DNA of 64,000 nucleotides from a virus. Of this stretch, positions 40,008-48,662 are shown one piece after another. Location of the stretch: IMG/VR virus record IMGVR_UViG_3300035698_031678, positions 1 to 64,000 of that record; one strand, written 5' to 3'. A program made the position numbers and the translations under genes. Each line of letters opens with the position of its first letter. Positions within the stretch are counted from its first letter, which is position 1. The notes under the pieces are model-generated. The model had not been told where the DNA came from. It did not search any database and saw nothing but the letters and a program-made list of their open reading frames with translations.

Positions 40008-41567
40008 ATGACATATTTAAAAGCATTTGACATCAAACTAAACGGACTGTTTGATTCCACAAGAGATTATCTAAAAAAGAATTTTGGCAATAATTCTTTA
40101 AAGTTGGATTACTCTAGACCTGAAGGTCAAATACTTTTGGTAATAATGAATATAACTAAAATAGTTAAATTCTACCTTAAAGACGTATCTAAACAAACAA
40201 ACATTCTTACTGCAGACAGAGATCACACCGTTATGGGTCTAGCTGCATTAGTGGGTCATAATGCCTATAGAGGAGAAGGTAGTAAAGGTATAGTAAAATT
40301 TGTAAAGAAACAAGACGTAACGTCAGCTGGAACACCGCAAGAGGTTATTATAATACCAAATAATTTTAGATTGGTTTGCATGAATAACAATCTAGAATAT
40401 TACGTTAGTATAAATGGTGAATTTATTAAAACAAACCTAAACAATCAAACAAAATTTAGCATTATACAAGGTAAGAGAAACGTAAAAACCTTCCAGTCTA
40501 ATGGTGGTAATTTACAAACTTATAGTGTTCCTATTGCTGCTAACGATAACATAGATAACGAGCAAATCCAAGTGTATGTAAATGGCGTTAAATTTTCTAA
40601 GAACACCACTTTATACGACAACATGCTAAAAGAAAAAACAGTATTGGTTAAGACTGGAATATCTGGTGGTGTTGATGTAACATTTGGAAATGAGAGAAGT
40701 CATACTATACCAGGTTTGGGCAGCAAAATAGAAATAATATACTTTACTCACGAAGGCATACTAGGTAATGAAGCAGAACCATTATTTAGGTTCAAAGACT
40801 CTGCTTATGGGCTAGATGGTAGTATAGTAGACCTAAATTCTTTATTTTACGTACAGTATTTAGAAGGAGGTTTATTATTTGGTAGTAATCCTGAAGGTAT
40901 AGAACTTACTAGAATGTTAGCTCCAATCAATAATTCGCATTCTATAATTCATGACAAAAAGAGTCTTACATATGAACTTACAAAGATGAATATGTTTGGT
41001 GCTGTTATGGTAGAAGTAGAAGAAGAATTTCTAGTAGCTACTTTATTTCCAAGAATTTCAGAAATAATTTCTAATGACGAAGACTACTTTAACTTTGATA
41101 TCAATAAATTGCTAATAAATCCTCAAACAATAAGTAGGCTAAAAGACAAAATAGAGATAAAGCAAAGCAATTCAGTTGAGGTAGAGCTTATAAACCCTAA
41201 AATAGTCAAGTATGGAATAAATCTTGTTATAGAACTAAGAGAAAATCCCATTTTTGACAGCATTTCCTTTCTAAAAGATGTTAGAAAAGTAATATCCGAA
41301 TACAATTTATCGCTAACCAGAACTAATAAAGCCCACATTAGCGATATAATTAGAATTATTGATTCTATGGAAGAAGTTGATAGTTTAACTGGAGAATTTA
41401 TCGTAGGCGATGATTCCCACCTGGACAATCTAAAAAACATTAAATTGTTTAACAACCAACTAGCAGTAATGAGAGGTGGATTTGTTAATAGCTTAGGTCA
41501 AAACGTTTCTGACGAATTTAATGGTCAAACTCTTTCTTCTGTCAATATAGAATTGGTTATTCCTTAA
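40008..41567 (+). CDS. Baseplate wedge subunit (T4 gp6-like)
   Basis: TNILTA.R..TV.GLA.LVGH, IQG, VYVNG, VTFGN...IP..GS.I.I.Y..HEG..GN, GSNPE. Confidence 0.8.
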   Translation: MTYLKAFDIKLNGLFDSTRDYLKKNFGNNSLKLDYSRPEGQILLVIMNITKIVKFYLKDVSKQTNILTADRDHTVMGLAALVGHNAYRGEGSKGIVKFVKKQDVTSAGTPQEVIIIPNNFRLVCMNNNLEYYVSINGEFIKTNLNNQTKFSIIQGKRNVKTFQSNGGNLQTYSVPIAANDNIDNEQIQVYVNGVKFSKNTTLYDNMLKEKTVLVKTGISGGVDVTFGNERSHTIPGLGSKIEIIYFTHEGILGNEAEPLFRFKDSAYGLDGSIVDLNSLFYVQYLEGGLLFGSNPEGIELTRMLAPINNSHSIIHDKKSLTYELTKMNMFGAVMVEVEEEFLVATLFPRISEIISNDEDYFNFDINKLLINPQTISRLKDKIEIKQSNSVEVELINPKIVKYGINLVIELRENPIFDSISFLKDVRKVISEYNLSLTRTNKAHISDIIRIIDSMEEVDSLTGEFIVGDDSHLDNLKNIKLFNNQLAVMRGGFVNSLGQNVSDEFNGQTLSSVNIELVIP

Positions 41568-42009
41568 TCTGATTGATAAATTGTTCTATAAGTTTGAACG
41601 CTTTACTGATGCTACCATCTAGTAATCTAGACCAAAATTTAAAGCTGCCTTTTCTAACGAGGATTGCATAAGCTTCTTTTAACAAGTCCCAAGAATCTTC
41701 TTTTTTTAAAGGCTCAAAAAGATTAATTTTTTTATCCTTTACTTGGTTTGTTCGAATTTGGTCTTCAACACCTTCTAGTCTTAACCAAGATCCACCAGAA
41801 ACTTCTGTTATGGTTCTGCTAAAATTTTGATAAAATACCTTGTCACCTTGTAAGTGTGGCACTTTAACTCTTTCGAATCTACCAAGGAGTTCACCATCTT
41901 TAGTGTCCATTGATTTCAGTACCCCATCTTTGGTAATGTCGTAATTGCTTCCTTCGAATACAACCGTTTTGTGACTACCAGCCTTCTTTTTAACTTTTAC
42001 TATGCTCAT
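41557..42009 (-). CDS. Hypothetical protein
   Basis: 150-aa ORF downstream of the deaminase gene. Confidence 0.55.
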   Translation of the reverse strand: MSIVKVKKKAGSHKTVVFEGSNYDITKDGVLKSMDTKDGELLGRFERVKVPHLQGDKVFYQNFSRTITEVSGGSWLRLEGVEDQIRTNQVKDKKINLFEPLKKEDSWDLLKEAYAILVRKGSFKFWSRLLDGSISKAFKLIEQFINQIKE

Positions 42010-42012
42010 AAC

Positions 42013-42969
42013 TTAAAATTTAATGAATGAATAATTTAACGAATTAGATAATATTTCAGTTTTTTTGTTTATTAATATTTCAGACTTGTCTAGATAAGAA
42101 TATTCATTTTTTAAACTAGTTCCAAGAAATAATTTTCCATCTGTATTAAGTGTTATATTCACACCGTTAACCACCAGATTTTCCATAGCATTTATCATGC
42201 CTGATTCATCAAATATTTTGGTAGTTATATTAGAGTTTGGACACATTTCCAAACATACGTCATTATGACTTAATAATTCCATAGTCTGCATGTTTTTATA
42301 GGCTTGCACGCCATGACCTATTCTTTTTACCCTTAACTCATTAACTGCATATTCTATTTCTGAATTACCATCCAAAGGTAATTCTCCAGCATGTACCGTA
42401 AGACCAACTTTGTCAGAGTTGTGAAATATGAACATATATGCTTTCCTTAATTTTTCCATATCAGAAAGTCCGCAAGTAGCACCACTAGCATCAAAGCCTA
42501 CAATACCAAAATTTTCATACTTTACCGCTTTCCTGGCTAATATCAAAGATTCTTCCTCTGTAAAAGATTTGTCGGTTGAAATAATGATTCCAGCATGAAC
42601 ATTAAAGGCATCTTTTGCTCTGTTCAAACCTATACAAGCCTCTAGAATTATAGTATCTAAATCGTACAAGGCGTCATTATTTCTAAACATTGGGTTGAAC
42701 CTAATTTCTATGCCATCTATACCATCATCGTAAGCACTTTTAACTGCAGCATATATGCTCTCTCTTACACCCATTGGAGTACTTTGAATCATGTGAGTCA
42801 ATTTGTACTTATTGAGATACTCATTGTGATTTTTAACGCTAGTAGCAGAGAATACATTACGAAAATCACTGTAGTTTTTGAAACCTGTGTTTATTCCTTG
42901 TAACTTTGCTATTCTCCAAAGTTCTTCTGGGCTTACCATAGAACCTAAGTGAGCATGTAAATCAATCAT
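42013..42969 (-). CDS. add: Adenosine/adenylate deaminase family (amidohydrolase)
   Basis: DLHAHL, EIRFNP, VGFD, TVHAGE, RIGHG, EMCPNSN, LNTD. Confidence 0.9.
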   Translation of the reverse strand: MIDLHAHLGSMVSPEELWRIAKLQGINTGFKNYSDFRNVFSATSVKNHNEYLNKYKLTHMIQSTPMGVRESIYAAVKSAYDDGIDGIEIRFNPMFRNNDALYDLDTIILEACIGLNRAKDAFNVHAGIIISTDKSFTEEESLILARKAVKYENFGIVGFDASGATCGLSDMEKLRKAYMFIFHNSDKVGLTVHAGELPLDGNSEIEYAVNELRVKRIGHGVQAYKNMQTMELLSHNDVCLEMCPNSNITTKIFDESGMINAMENLVVNGVNITLNTDGKLFLGTSLKNEYSYLDKSEILINKKTEILSNSLNYSFIKF

Positions 42970-42982
42970 AGTTTTTTGTTTT

Positions 42983-43282
42983 TTAATTAAGTTCGAGAAC
43001 TTCGCTTTCCACTTCTTCTTTTAATTTAGATCTTTCACCTTTTCTAAACCTATGAGAAACAAAAGCTGGCTCTAGGGTCTTGTTTACCACACTCATGTAT
43101 CTTGGTTCGTTAGTAACGCCTTCTAATAAGATGCCCACTACAAATCCATGATTTATAATAGCTCTAACTATATACTTCTTGCCTTTCTCTATCCACTGTT
43201 GAAAGTCTCTAGTTATTTCATCTGCTTTATCAGCATCTATAGTAGCATCTATGCAAATTACTAAATCTCCTACTGCAAACAT
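42983..43282 (-). CDS. Hypothetical SH3/KOW-like protein
   Basis: VGDLVICID...GKKYIV pattern. Confidence 0.55.
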   Translation of the reverse strand: MFAVGDLVICIDATIDADKADEITRDFQQWIEKGKKYIVRAIINHGFVVGILLEGVTNEPRYMSVVNKTLEPAFVSHRFRKGERSKLKEEVESEVLELN

Positions 43283-43284
43283 AA

Positions 43285-43647
43285 TTATAAATTTTTTACT
43301 AACATTGAATATAAATCGATAAGAGCGGTTGTTTTAGCTCTATTCTTTAAGTTCTCTGGAGTGTTAAAAGACCCTTTGGTAATCTCTGAAATTCTCATAT
43401 CTCTAATTTCCCCAAGCATTGTTATAACTTTCCCTTGATATTCCAATAAGCTGAAATGAAGCTTGTCTTTGTTTTCTCTAGAAAAAATTGATTTCAAGGT
43501 AGAAATTACGTCTATTTCTGAATTTTTTAAAACTTCGTTGTAAGCTTCTTGGAAATTTAATTCATTGAGATTACTACCTGGTGATAGCCTTATAAGCATT
43601 TCGGAAATTTCTTTCTTTATAATTTCTAATTTATTATTATTGTCCAT
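43285..43647 (-). CDS. Hypothetical protein
   Basis: 120-aa helical ORF. Confidence 0.55.
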   Translation of the reverse strand: MDNNNKLEIIKKEISEMLIRLSPGSNLNELNFQEAYNEVLKNSEIDVISTLKSIFSRENKDKLHFSLLEYQGKVITMLGEIRDMRISEITKGSFNTPENLKNRAKTTALIDLYSMLVKNL

Positions 43648-43666
43648 GGGATAATTTTTGTAATAT

Positions 43667-43674
43667 GATAAATA
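43667..43674 (+). promoter_or_regulatory. Late-promoter-like motif GATAAATA
   Basis: About 23 nt upstream of ATG 43697. Confidence 0.55.
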
Positions 43675-43696
43675 AAAGAAATAAACATCAGTTTCA

Positions 43697-46285
43697 ATGT
43701 CTATAGTAACTGCAGAAGAATATTACAGAGATAGCATAGGTTTTCTAGAAGAGATTAGAGACATGCAAAAACAAGTTTTTGAAGAACTTGGTGGTGACTT
43801 GATGGATGGTATCGAAAGAATAGTAAATTCTCTAGATAAAATAAATGGTACTGGTGGTAAAGAAAAACAAGGTTCTTCTGGTTTTATGGATGGCATAGGA
43901 TCATCAGAAGAGATAGAATCAAGTGTTAAGGCTATAAACGCCTTAGATGTAGAAAAAGCGGAAACATTAATTAGAACTACAGAAAGCTTAAGCGGTTTTA
44001 AAGCTCCTTCAGCATCCTCTATAAAAAATGTAGGAGATTTTGCTGGTGGTATAGGTGATTTTCTTGAGACCTTAGAAAATATAAAAGTTGGTGAAGATGT
44101 TTTAGAACAATTTAGAATAATAACAGAAATAACATCTGGACTTAATTCTTTATCTAGGTCATTGGCGCTAAACGCTCCTTTTTTACTTATTGCCATGCCT
44201 ATCTCTAAACTATTACCTTTCTTGTTAGGAAGCATTTCAGATGCAATAGTAAGAGTAGATTCCAGGGTTGAGACAATGGACAGGTTTCCAACAACCATGA
44301 TGAAATTAGGCTTGGGTCTTACAATCTTTTCGGCTGGTTTAGCAGCTAGTGCATTGATAATAGGATTTACTGCTCTAAAAAGTCCTGAATCATTACTAAT
44401 GCTTGGAATTGTTATGGGCGCTACAGCATTAGCAGCATATGCTATAGGACTAAAAAGTACCGAAATTAATAAAGGTTCATTAACCATTGGTCTTATGGCA
44501 CTGGCACTACCAGTATTCGCTTTAGGAATGGTTACAGCAACTAACATGGTTCAAGAAGTTGGTTTTGAAAATGTGGCAGTTTTAGGTGGACTAATAGCCA
44601 TAACCGCACTAACATTTGGTGTTATTGGAAACTTTCTTCCTGTAATAGCTAAGGGTGCTTTGGCAGTTGGGATTATGGGATTAGGCTTATGGGCTTTTAC
44701 TTCTGGGCTTGATGGGATAGGAGAAATAGTTGAAGATTTAAACGTACTGTGGGCTTTGCCAACATTGATAGTTGGTTTAGGTGTCGTTTTTGCTGCTGCT
44801 GGAGCTGCATTACTTTTTATATTGCCAGGTGCAATTGCTATTGGTGCAATGGGTCTAGCTCTGATACCATTAGGACTAGGTCTAGAAGCGGTAATGAACA
44901 TACCAGATTTTGGTAAAGACAAAGCTGATAATTTTGCTAGAACACTAAAGTCAGTGGTTCAAGGCGTGTCAGAGTTGTCCTTAACAGATTTATTGACTTT
45001 ACCTCTTAAACTGCCAGTAATAGCTGGTATGGGTTTAGCTCTGATACCGTTTGCTAATGGAATCAATGCATTCCAGAAAAATGCTTCAGATTTCAGTCAA
45101 GCTGATGCAGACAATATGGAGTACGTTATTAGGAAAACTAGTCAAGCATTTGCGACAGCTGGTAGTACTGATGGTATGACTAAATTGTTTGGTTTTAACG
45201 TTGGTCAAAATGATGTAGAAAGAGGTATAGAGTCATCCATGATGATTGGTAAAAATCTTAATACTCTAGCAAAAGGTATATCAGCCTGGAGAGATGGTAA
45301 TTTCACAGAAGGAGACATAGAGAAAGTTGGTTCTAACATTACCAACGTTATGAACACTATACCAGCAGTGTTTGCAGCCATAGGATTGAGAGAGCGTGGT
45401 AGCGGTAATCAAATAAAAATTGGTGGTTTTAGTTTTGGCATGCCTTTTACCAAGACAGATACCGAATTGGGTATATCTTCTACAATGGAAATGGGTGAAA
45501 ACCTGGCTATGTTGCATAAAGGCATAATGGCTTGGAGGACTGGTGGTGATAATGATATAACGCCACACTTAGATCAAATAGTAGCAAACATTACCAACGT
45601 TCTTACTGCAATACCTCAAGCATTTGTAGCTGTTGGTAAGATGGAAAGTGAGAACGAACGATTTTTTGGTCTTATTGATGGTGATCTAGAAGAAGGTGTA
45701 GAATTGGTGTCTAGAATGACTAGACCATTAGAGCATTTAGCCACAATATTAACATCTTTTAATGCTCAAACGGATGCAAAGGTTATAGCAAATCATTTCA
45801 CAATACTAATGAAAGGTATTGTTACTAGTATTGACATGTTTACTGATAAAAGAACAGACAGGTTAGAAGACTTAATAGATCTTATGGAAGATCTTAATGA
45901 GGTTATAGAAGATCATTTTGAGGCTTTGAAAGATTTACCCCAAGACAGTATGGAGAAATTTGGTATGTATGCCGAATCTCTAAGAACATTGGGTGAGGTA
46001 GACATTAACAATGCTATTAAGGTTATGGATCTGCAAAATCAAAATGTAGAAAGAACAAAAACCATAAATGTTACCGAACTAAAAAGGGAAACAAGAGAGG
46101 TGGAAAGAGTTGTCAATGATGATGACATTAAAAAAGAGAATAACGAGATAAAAATTGAACTTAGAGAATTAAAAATGTTAATGCGTCAGGTGTTGTCAGC
46201 AATTTCTGGAAATAATTCTGGAGAAGACATATTGGATTACTTAAAATCTGGTACAATTAAAACTGAAGACGATCAAACTTTCTAG
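43697..46285 (+). CDS. Tape-measure-like protein with multiple hydrophobic helices
   Basis: 862 aa; A/G/L-rich hydrophobic centre; internal repeats (NITNV..IP..F.A.G twice); coiled-coil ends. Confidence 0.6.
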   Translation: MSIVTAEEYYRDSIGFLEEIRDMQKQVFEELGGDLMDGIERIVNSLDKINGTGGKEKQGSSGFMDGIGSSEEIESSVKAINALDVEKAETLIRTTESLSGFKAPSASSIKNVGDFAGGIGDFLETLENIKVGEDVLEQFRIITEITSGLNSLSRSLALNAPFLLIAMPISKLLPFLLGSISDAIVRVDSRVETMDRFPTTMMKLGLGLTIFSAGLAASALIIGFTALKSPESLLMLGIVMGATALAAYAIGLKSTEINKGSLTIGLMALALPVFALGMVTATNMVQEVGFENVAVLGGLIAITALTFGVIGNFLPVIAKGALAVGIMGLGLWAFTSGLDGIGEIVEDLNVLWALPTLIVGLGVVFAAAGAALLFILPGAIAIGAMGLALIPLGLGLEAVMNIPDFGKDKADNFARTLKSVVQGVSELSLTDLLTLPLKLPVIAGMGLALIPFANGINAFQKNASDFSQADADNMEYVIRKTSQAFATAGSTDGMTKLFGFNVGQNDVERGIESSMMIGKNLNTLAKGISAWRDGNFTEGDIEKVGSNITNVMNTIPAVFAAIGLRERGSGNQIKIGGFSFGMPFTKTDTELGISSTMEMGENLAMLHKGIMAWRTGGDNDITPHLDQIVANITNVLTAIPQAFVAVGKMESENERFFGLIDGDLEEGVELVSRMTRPLEHLATILTSFNAQTDAKVIANHFTILMKGIVTSIDMFTDKRTDRLEDLIDLMEDLNEVIEDHFEALKDLPQDSMEKFGMYAESLRTLGEVDINNAIKVMDLQNQNVERTKTINVTELKRETREVERVVNDDDIKKENNEIKIELRELKMLMRQVLSAISGNNSGEDILDYLKSGTIKTEDDQTF

Positions 46286-46286
46286 A

Positions 46287-46766
46287 ATGAGTATAAAACA
46301 AAATAAACCTAGTAAAAGTAGTAGATACAAACAAGGCTATTATAGAGTTAAAAATTTAGAGAAATACATTGGTAATCCACAGCAAGTAATATTCAGAAGT
46401 GGTTATGAACTTAAATTTTTTGGTCTTTTGGATTCTTCTTACGATGTCCTAAAGTGGGATGCTGAACCAGAAGAAATGAAAATAAAGTATTGGAATCCTA
46501 TAAAAAATAGGTATGCTCACTACTATCCAGACGTTTACTGTGAGAAATTGATAGATGGTAAACTAAAAAAGTTGCTGATCGAGATTAAACCCATGTCAAA
46601 AACTACCAAGCCTAGAAATAACAAAGGTACTACTGATAGAGCTTACCAAAGAAGGCTAGCTGAGTATTTGATAATTCAAAACAAAGCCATAGCTGCTGGA
46701 AAGTACGCTGCCATGAAAGGCATGGAATATATTTTCATAACAGAAATTACTATAGGGAAACTATAG
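46287..46766 (+). CDS. Head completion nuclease (T4 gp4-like, TnsA-type fold)
   Basis: QGYY...N.EKYIG, FRSGYE, W..E, HYYPD, IEIKP, NK..AA. Confidence 0.85.
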   Translation: MSIKQNKPSKSSRYKQGYYRVKNLEKYIGNPQQVIFRSGYELKFFGLLDSSYDVLKWDAEPEEMKIKYWNPIKNRYAHYYPDVYCEKLIDGKLKKLLIEIKPMSKTTKPRNNKGTTDRAYQRRLAEYLIIQNKAIAAGKYAAMKGMEYIFITEITIGKL

Positions 46767-46837
46767 GGTAATCTAAGACATTTATATGGCAAACATGGTT
46801 AAGTTAAATCTAAGTGTGACCATTTAAAAAATTATAA

Positions 46838-47815
46838 ATGTCAATAAAAAGTAAATTATTCGAAAATCTGTTCAATCCAGAAACCACTAAGGGCTTTGTG
46901 TTACCAGATAGGATTAGAAGTGAATTCCCAGATGATAGAATAGAAGGTAACTATCTATTTCATGGTACTCCAGGTTCTGGAAAATCCGCTCTAGCCATAT
47001 CCCTAGGTAAGAATTATGACACATATTACTTTAGAGCTTCTATAGAAGGGACAATAGATGCCCTAAGAAAAGGTAGCGATCTATACGACTTTTGTTCTAC
47101 AACCTCTTTAATATCTGGTGGTAAAAGAAAAGTAGTAATTTTAGACGAACTTAATGGAGTTAGTAGACAATTCTTTGAAGCCTTAAAGGGGTTTATAGAC
47201 AAATTCAAAGAAATAGGAGTGGTTTTTATAGGTACTACTAACTACATTGAGGACGTTGAAACAGCTATTATTTCAAGAATGAAACTGTTGGATTTCAACT
47301 TGATGCCAAATGAAGAAGAACCTTACAGATTTGCTTTTGAAACAAGGATTAAAGCAATACTATCTAAAATAGATGTTAGCTATGATCAAGATGGTTTAGA
47401 CGCTTTGATCAACAGAAGCTATCCAGACTGGAGAGGTGTTTTACAAGATCTTCAATATCTACACAGAAGTGGTATTAAGAAGATAGACCCAGAGGTTATT
47501 AAAAAAGATGTTTATCAGTACAATGCGCTGTTTGATCTTATAGCAAAAGGTAACTTTAGAGACCCACAAAAATGGTTACCAGTAATAAGAGAATACCAAA
47601 ATCCATTAGCTGTTATACAAGGAATAGAGAGAGAATTGTTTGATTACCTTAACAACAACCATCCTTCCCTATCACCGAACTATGCGGACTACATAATAAT
47701 CATAGCAAAGTATGTAGATATGGTTAACAGGAGAGTTGAGCCTACAATTTGCCTTAGAGCATTGATGGCTGAACTAATGAAGAGAACTTTTATACTATCT
47801 AATAAACCGACTTAA
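46838..47815 (+). CDS. Clamp-loader large subunit (gp44/RFC-like AAA+)
   Basis: HGTPGSGKS, VILDE, TTNY, AIISR, YPDWR. Confidence 0.9.
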   Translation: MSIKSKLFENLFNPETTKGFVLPDRIRSEFPDDRIEGNYLFHGTPGSGKSALAISLGKNYDTYYFRASIEGTIDALRKGSDLYDFCSTTSLISGGKRKVVILDELNGVSRQFFEALKGFIDKFKEIGVVFIGTTNYIEDVETAIISRMKLLDFNLMPNEEEPYRFAFETRIKAILSKIDVSYDQDGLDALINRSYPDWRGVLQDLQYLHRSGIKKIDPEVIKKDVYQYNALFDLIAKGNFRDPQKWLPVIREYQNPLAVIQGIERELFDYLNNNHPSLSPNYADYIIIIAKYVDMVNRRVEPTICLRALMAELMKRTFILSNKPT

Positions 47816-47849
47816 ATACATAGTTTATAGACTGTTTAACATATGATAG

Positions 47850-47911
47850 AGAGATTTGGGGAAATCTCTTAATCCATTATTTTTAGGGGTAATCTTTCAA
47901 AAGGTTTCCCC
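47850..47911. terminator. Hairpins between convergent genes (possible terminators)
   Basis: AGAGATTT-gggg-AAATCTCT, plus an imperfect GGGG...CCCC stem at 47886-47911. Confidence 0.4.
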
Positions 47912-48625
47912 TTAAAACTCAAGTAAGAAATCTGCTTCACTTTTCTGCTCATCCCATTTTTTCTCAGCTTTCTCAACAAACTTTTCACCTTTCTTTAAGT
48001 AGCCAGAAAGGTTTACCTTATAACCACCAATCAATTTTGCTTCTGTTAAGGTTAGTAATGTATGATTTTCTTCTATAAGTTTTCCAAAGAAATAATTTCT
48101 AAAATCCTTCATCTGGTACATAGCTTCGGGTTCCAGGGTAGAGGCTACTTCTAGTACCATTCCAGCAATTGGTTTTTTACCCTTAAGCACAAAAACATTG
48201 TTGTATTCACTATAGTCAAAAGATACAGTTTCTAATCTCATCTGACCAACAAAATGGTTTATACTAGCTGCTGCAACCGCTTGAACCATCATTGTTTGAC
48301 CACCATAGAAGTCGTGCATCATGTTGTTCATCTTTCTAAAATCAGGGTCTACTCCAGTACCTATACCATGAACGAATTGACCTTCCATTCTTATTGCACT
48401 CATTACTGCTTTAACGCACTTAGGCAATGTAATTCTGTTGTTAACAAAAGCACTAGTGTCTGCGACCATATAATGACTTAGTGTAGCTCTATCATCATTT
48501 TCGTAAAATTCTTCTAAACATTCTTCTAAAATAGTTAAAACTCTATCAGATTCTATGGGCATAGGTAATTTACCACCTAAACTGACCTCACTTTTCGCTT
48601 TGCTGATTATCATATTAACTTTCAT
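47912..48625 (-). CDS. Neck protein (T4 gp13-like head-tail adaptor)
   Basis: ILEECLEEFYE, ITLPKCVKAV, LIGGYKVN match the gp13 pattern. Confidence 0.6.
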   Translation of the reverse strand: MKVNMIISKAKSEVSLGGKLPMPIESDRVLTILEECLEEFYENDDRATLSHYMVADTSAFVNNRITLPKCVKAVMSAIRMEGQFVHGIGTGVDPDFRKMNNMMHDFYGGQTMMVQAVAAASINHFVGQMRLETVSFDYSEYNNVFVLKGKKPIAGMVLEVASTLEPEAMYQMKDFRNYFFGKLIEENHTLLTLTEAKLIGGYKVNLSGYLKKGEKFVEKAEKKWDEQKSEADFLLEF

Positions 48626-48662
48626 GTCCTAAAATATTTTAATATATATCATATAGAACGAC

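Noticed and set aside
42013-43647. RADAR defence system (RdrA/RdrB)
   Set aside because: The deaminase is only 318 aa, much shorter than RdrB, and has no adjacent AAA+ RdrA gene
43723-45568. Long antisense ORFs (e.g. 43723-44547, 44551-44922, 59638-60183, 1151-1540)
   Set aside because: Shadow frames opposite well-supported genes; Ser/Pro/Ile-rich composition expected from the sense-strand codon bias
46287-46766. Tn7 TnsA transposase
   Set aside because: Same fold, but size, motifs and virion-gene context match the T4 gp4 head-completion protein; no tnsB/tnsC nearby
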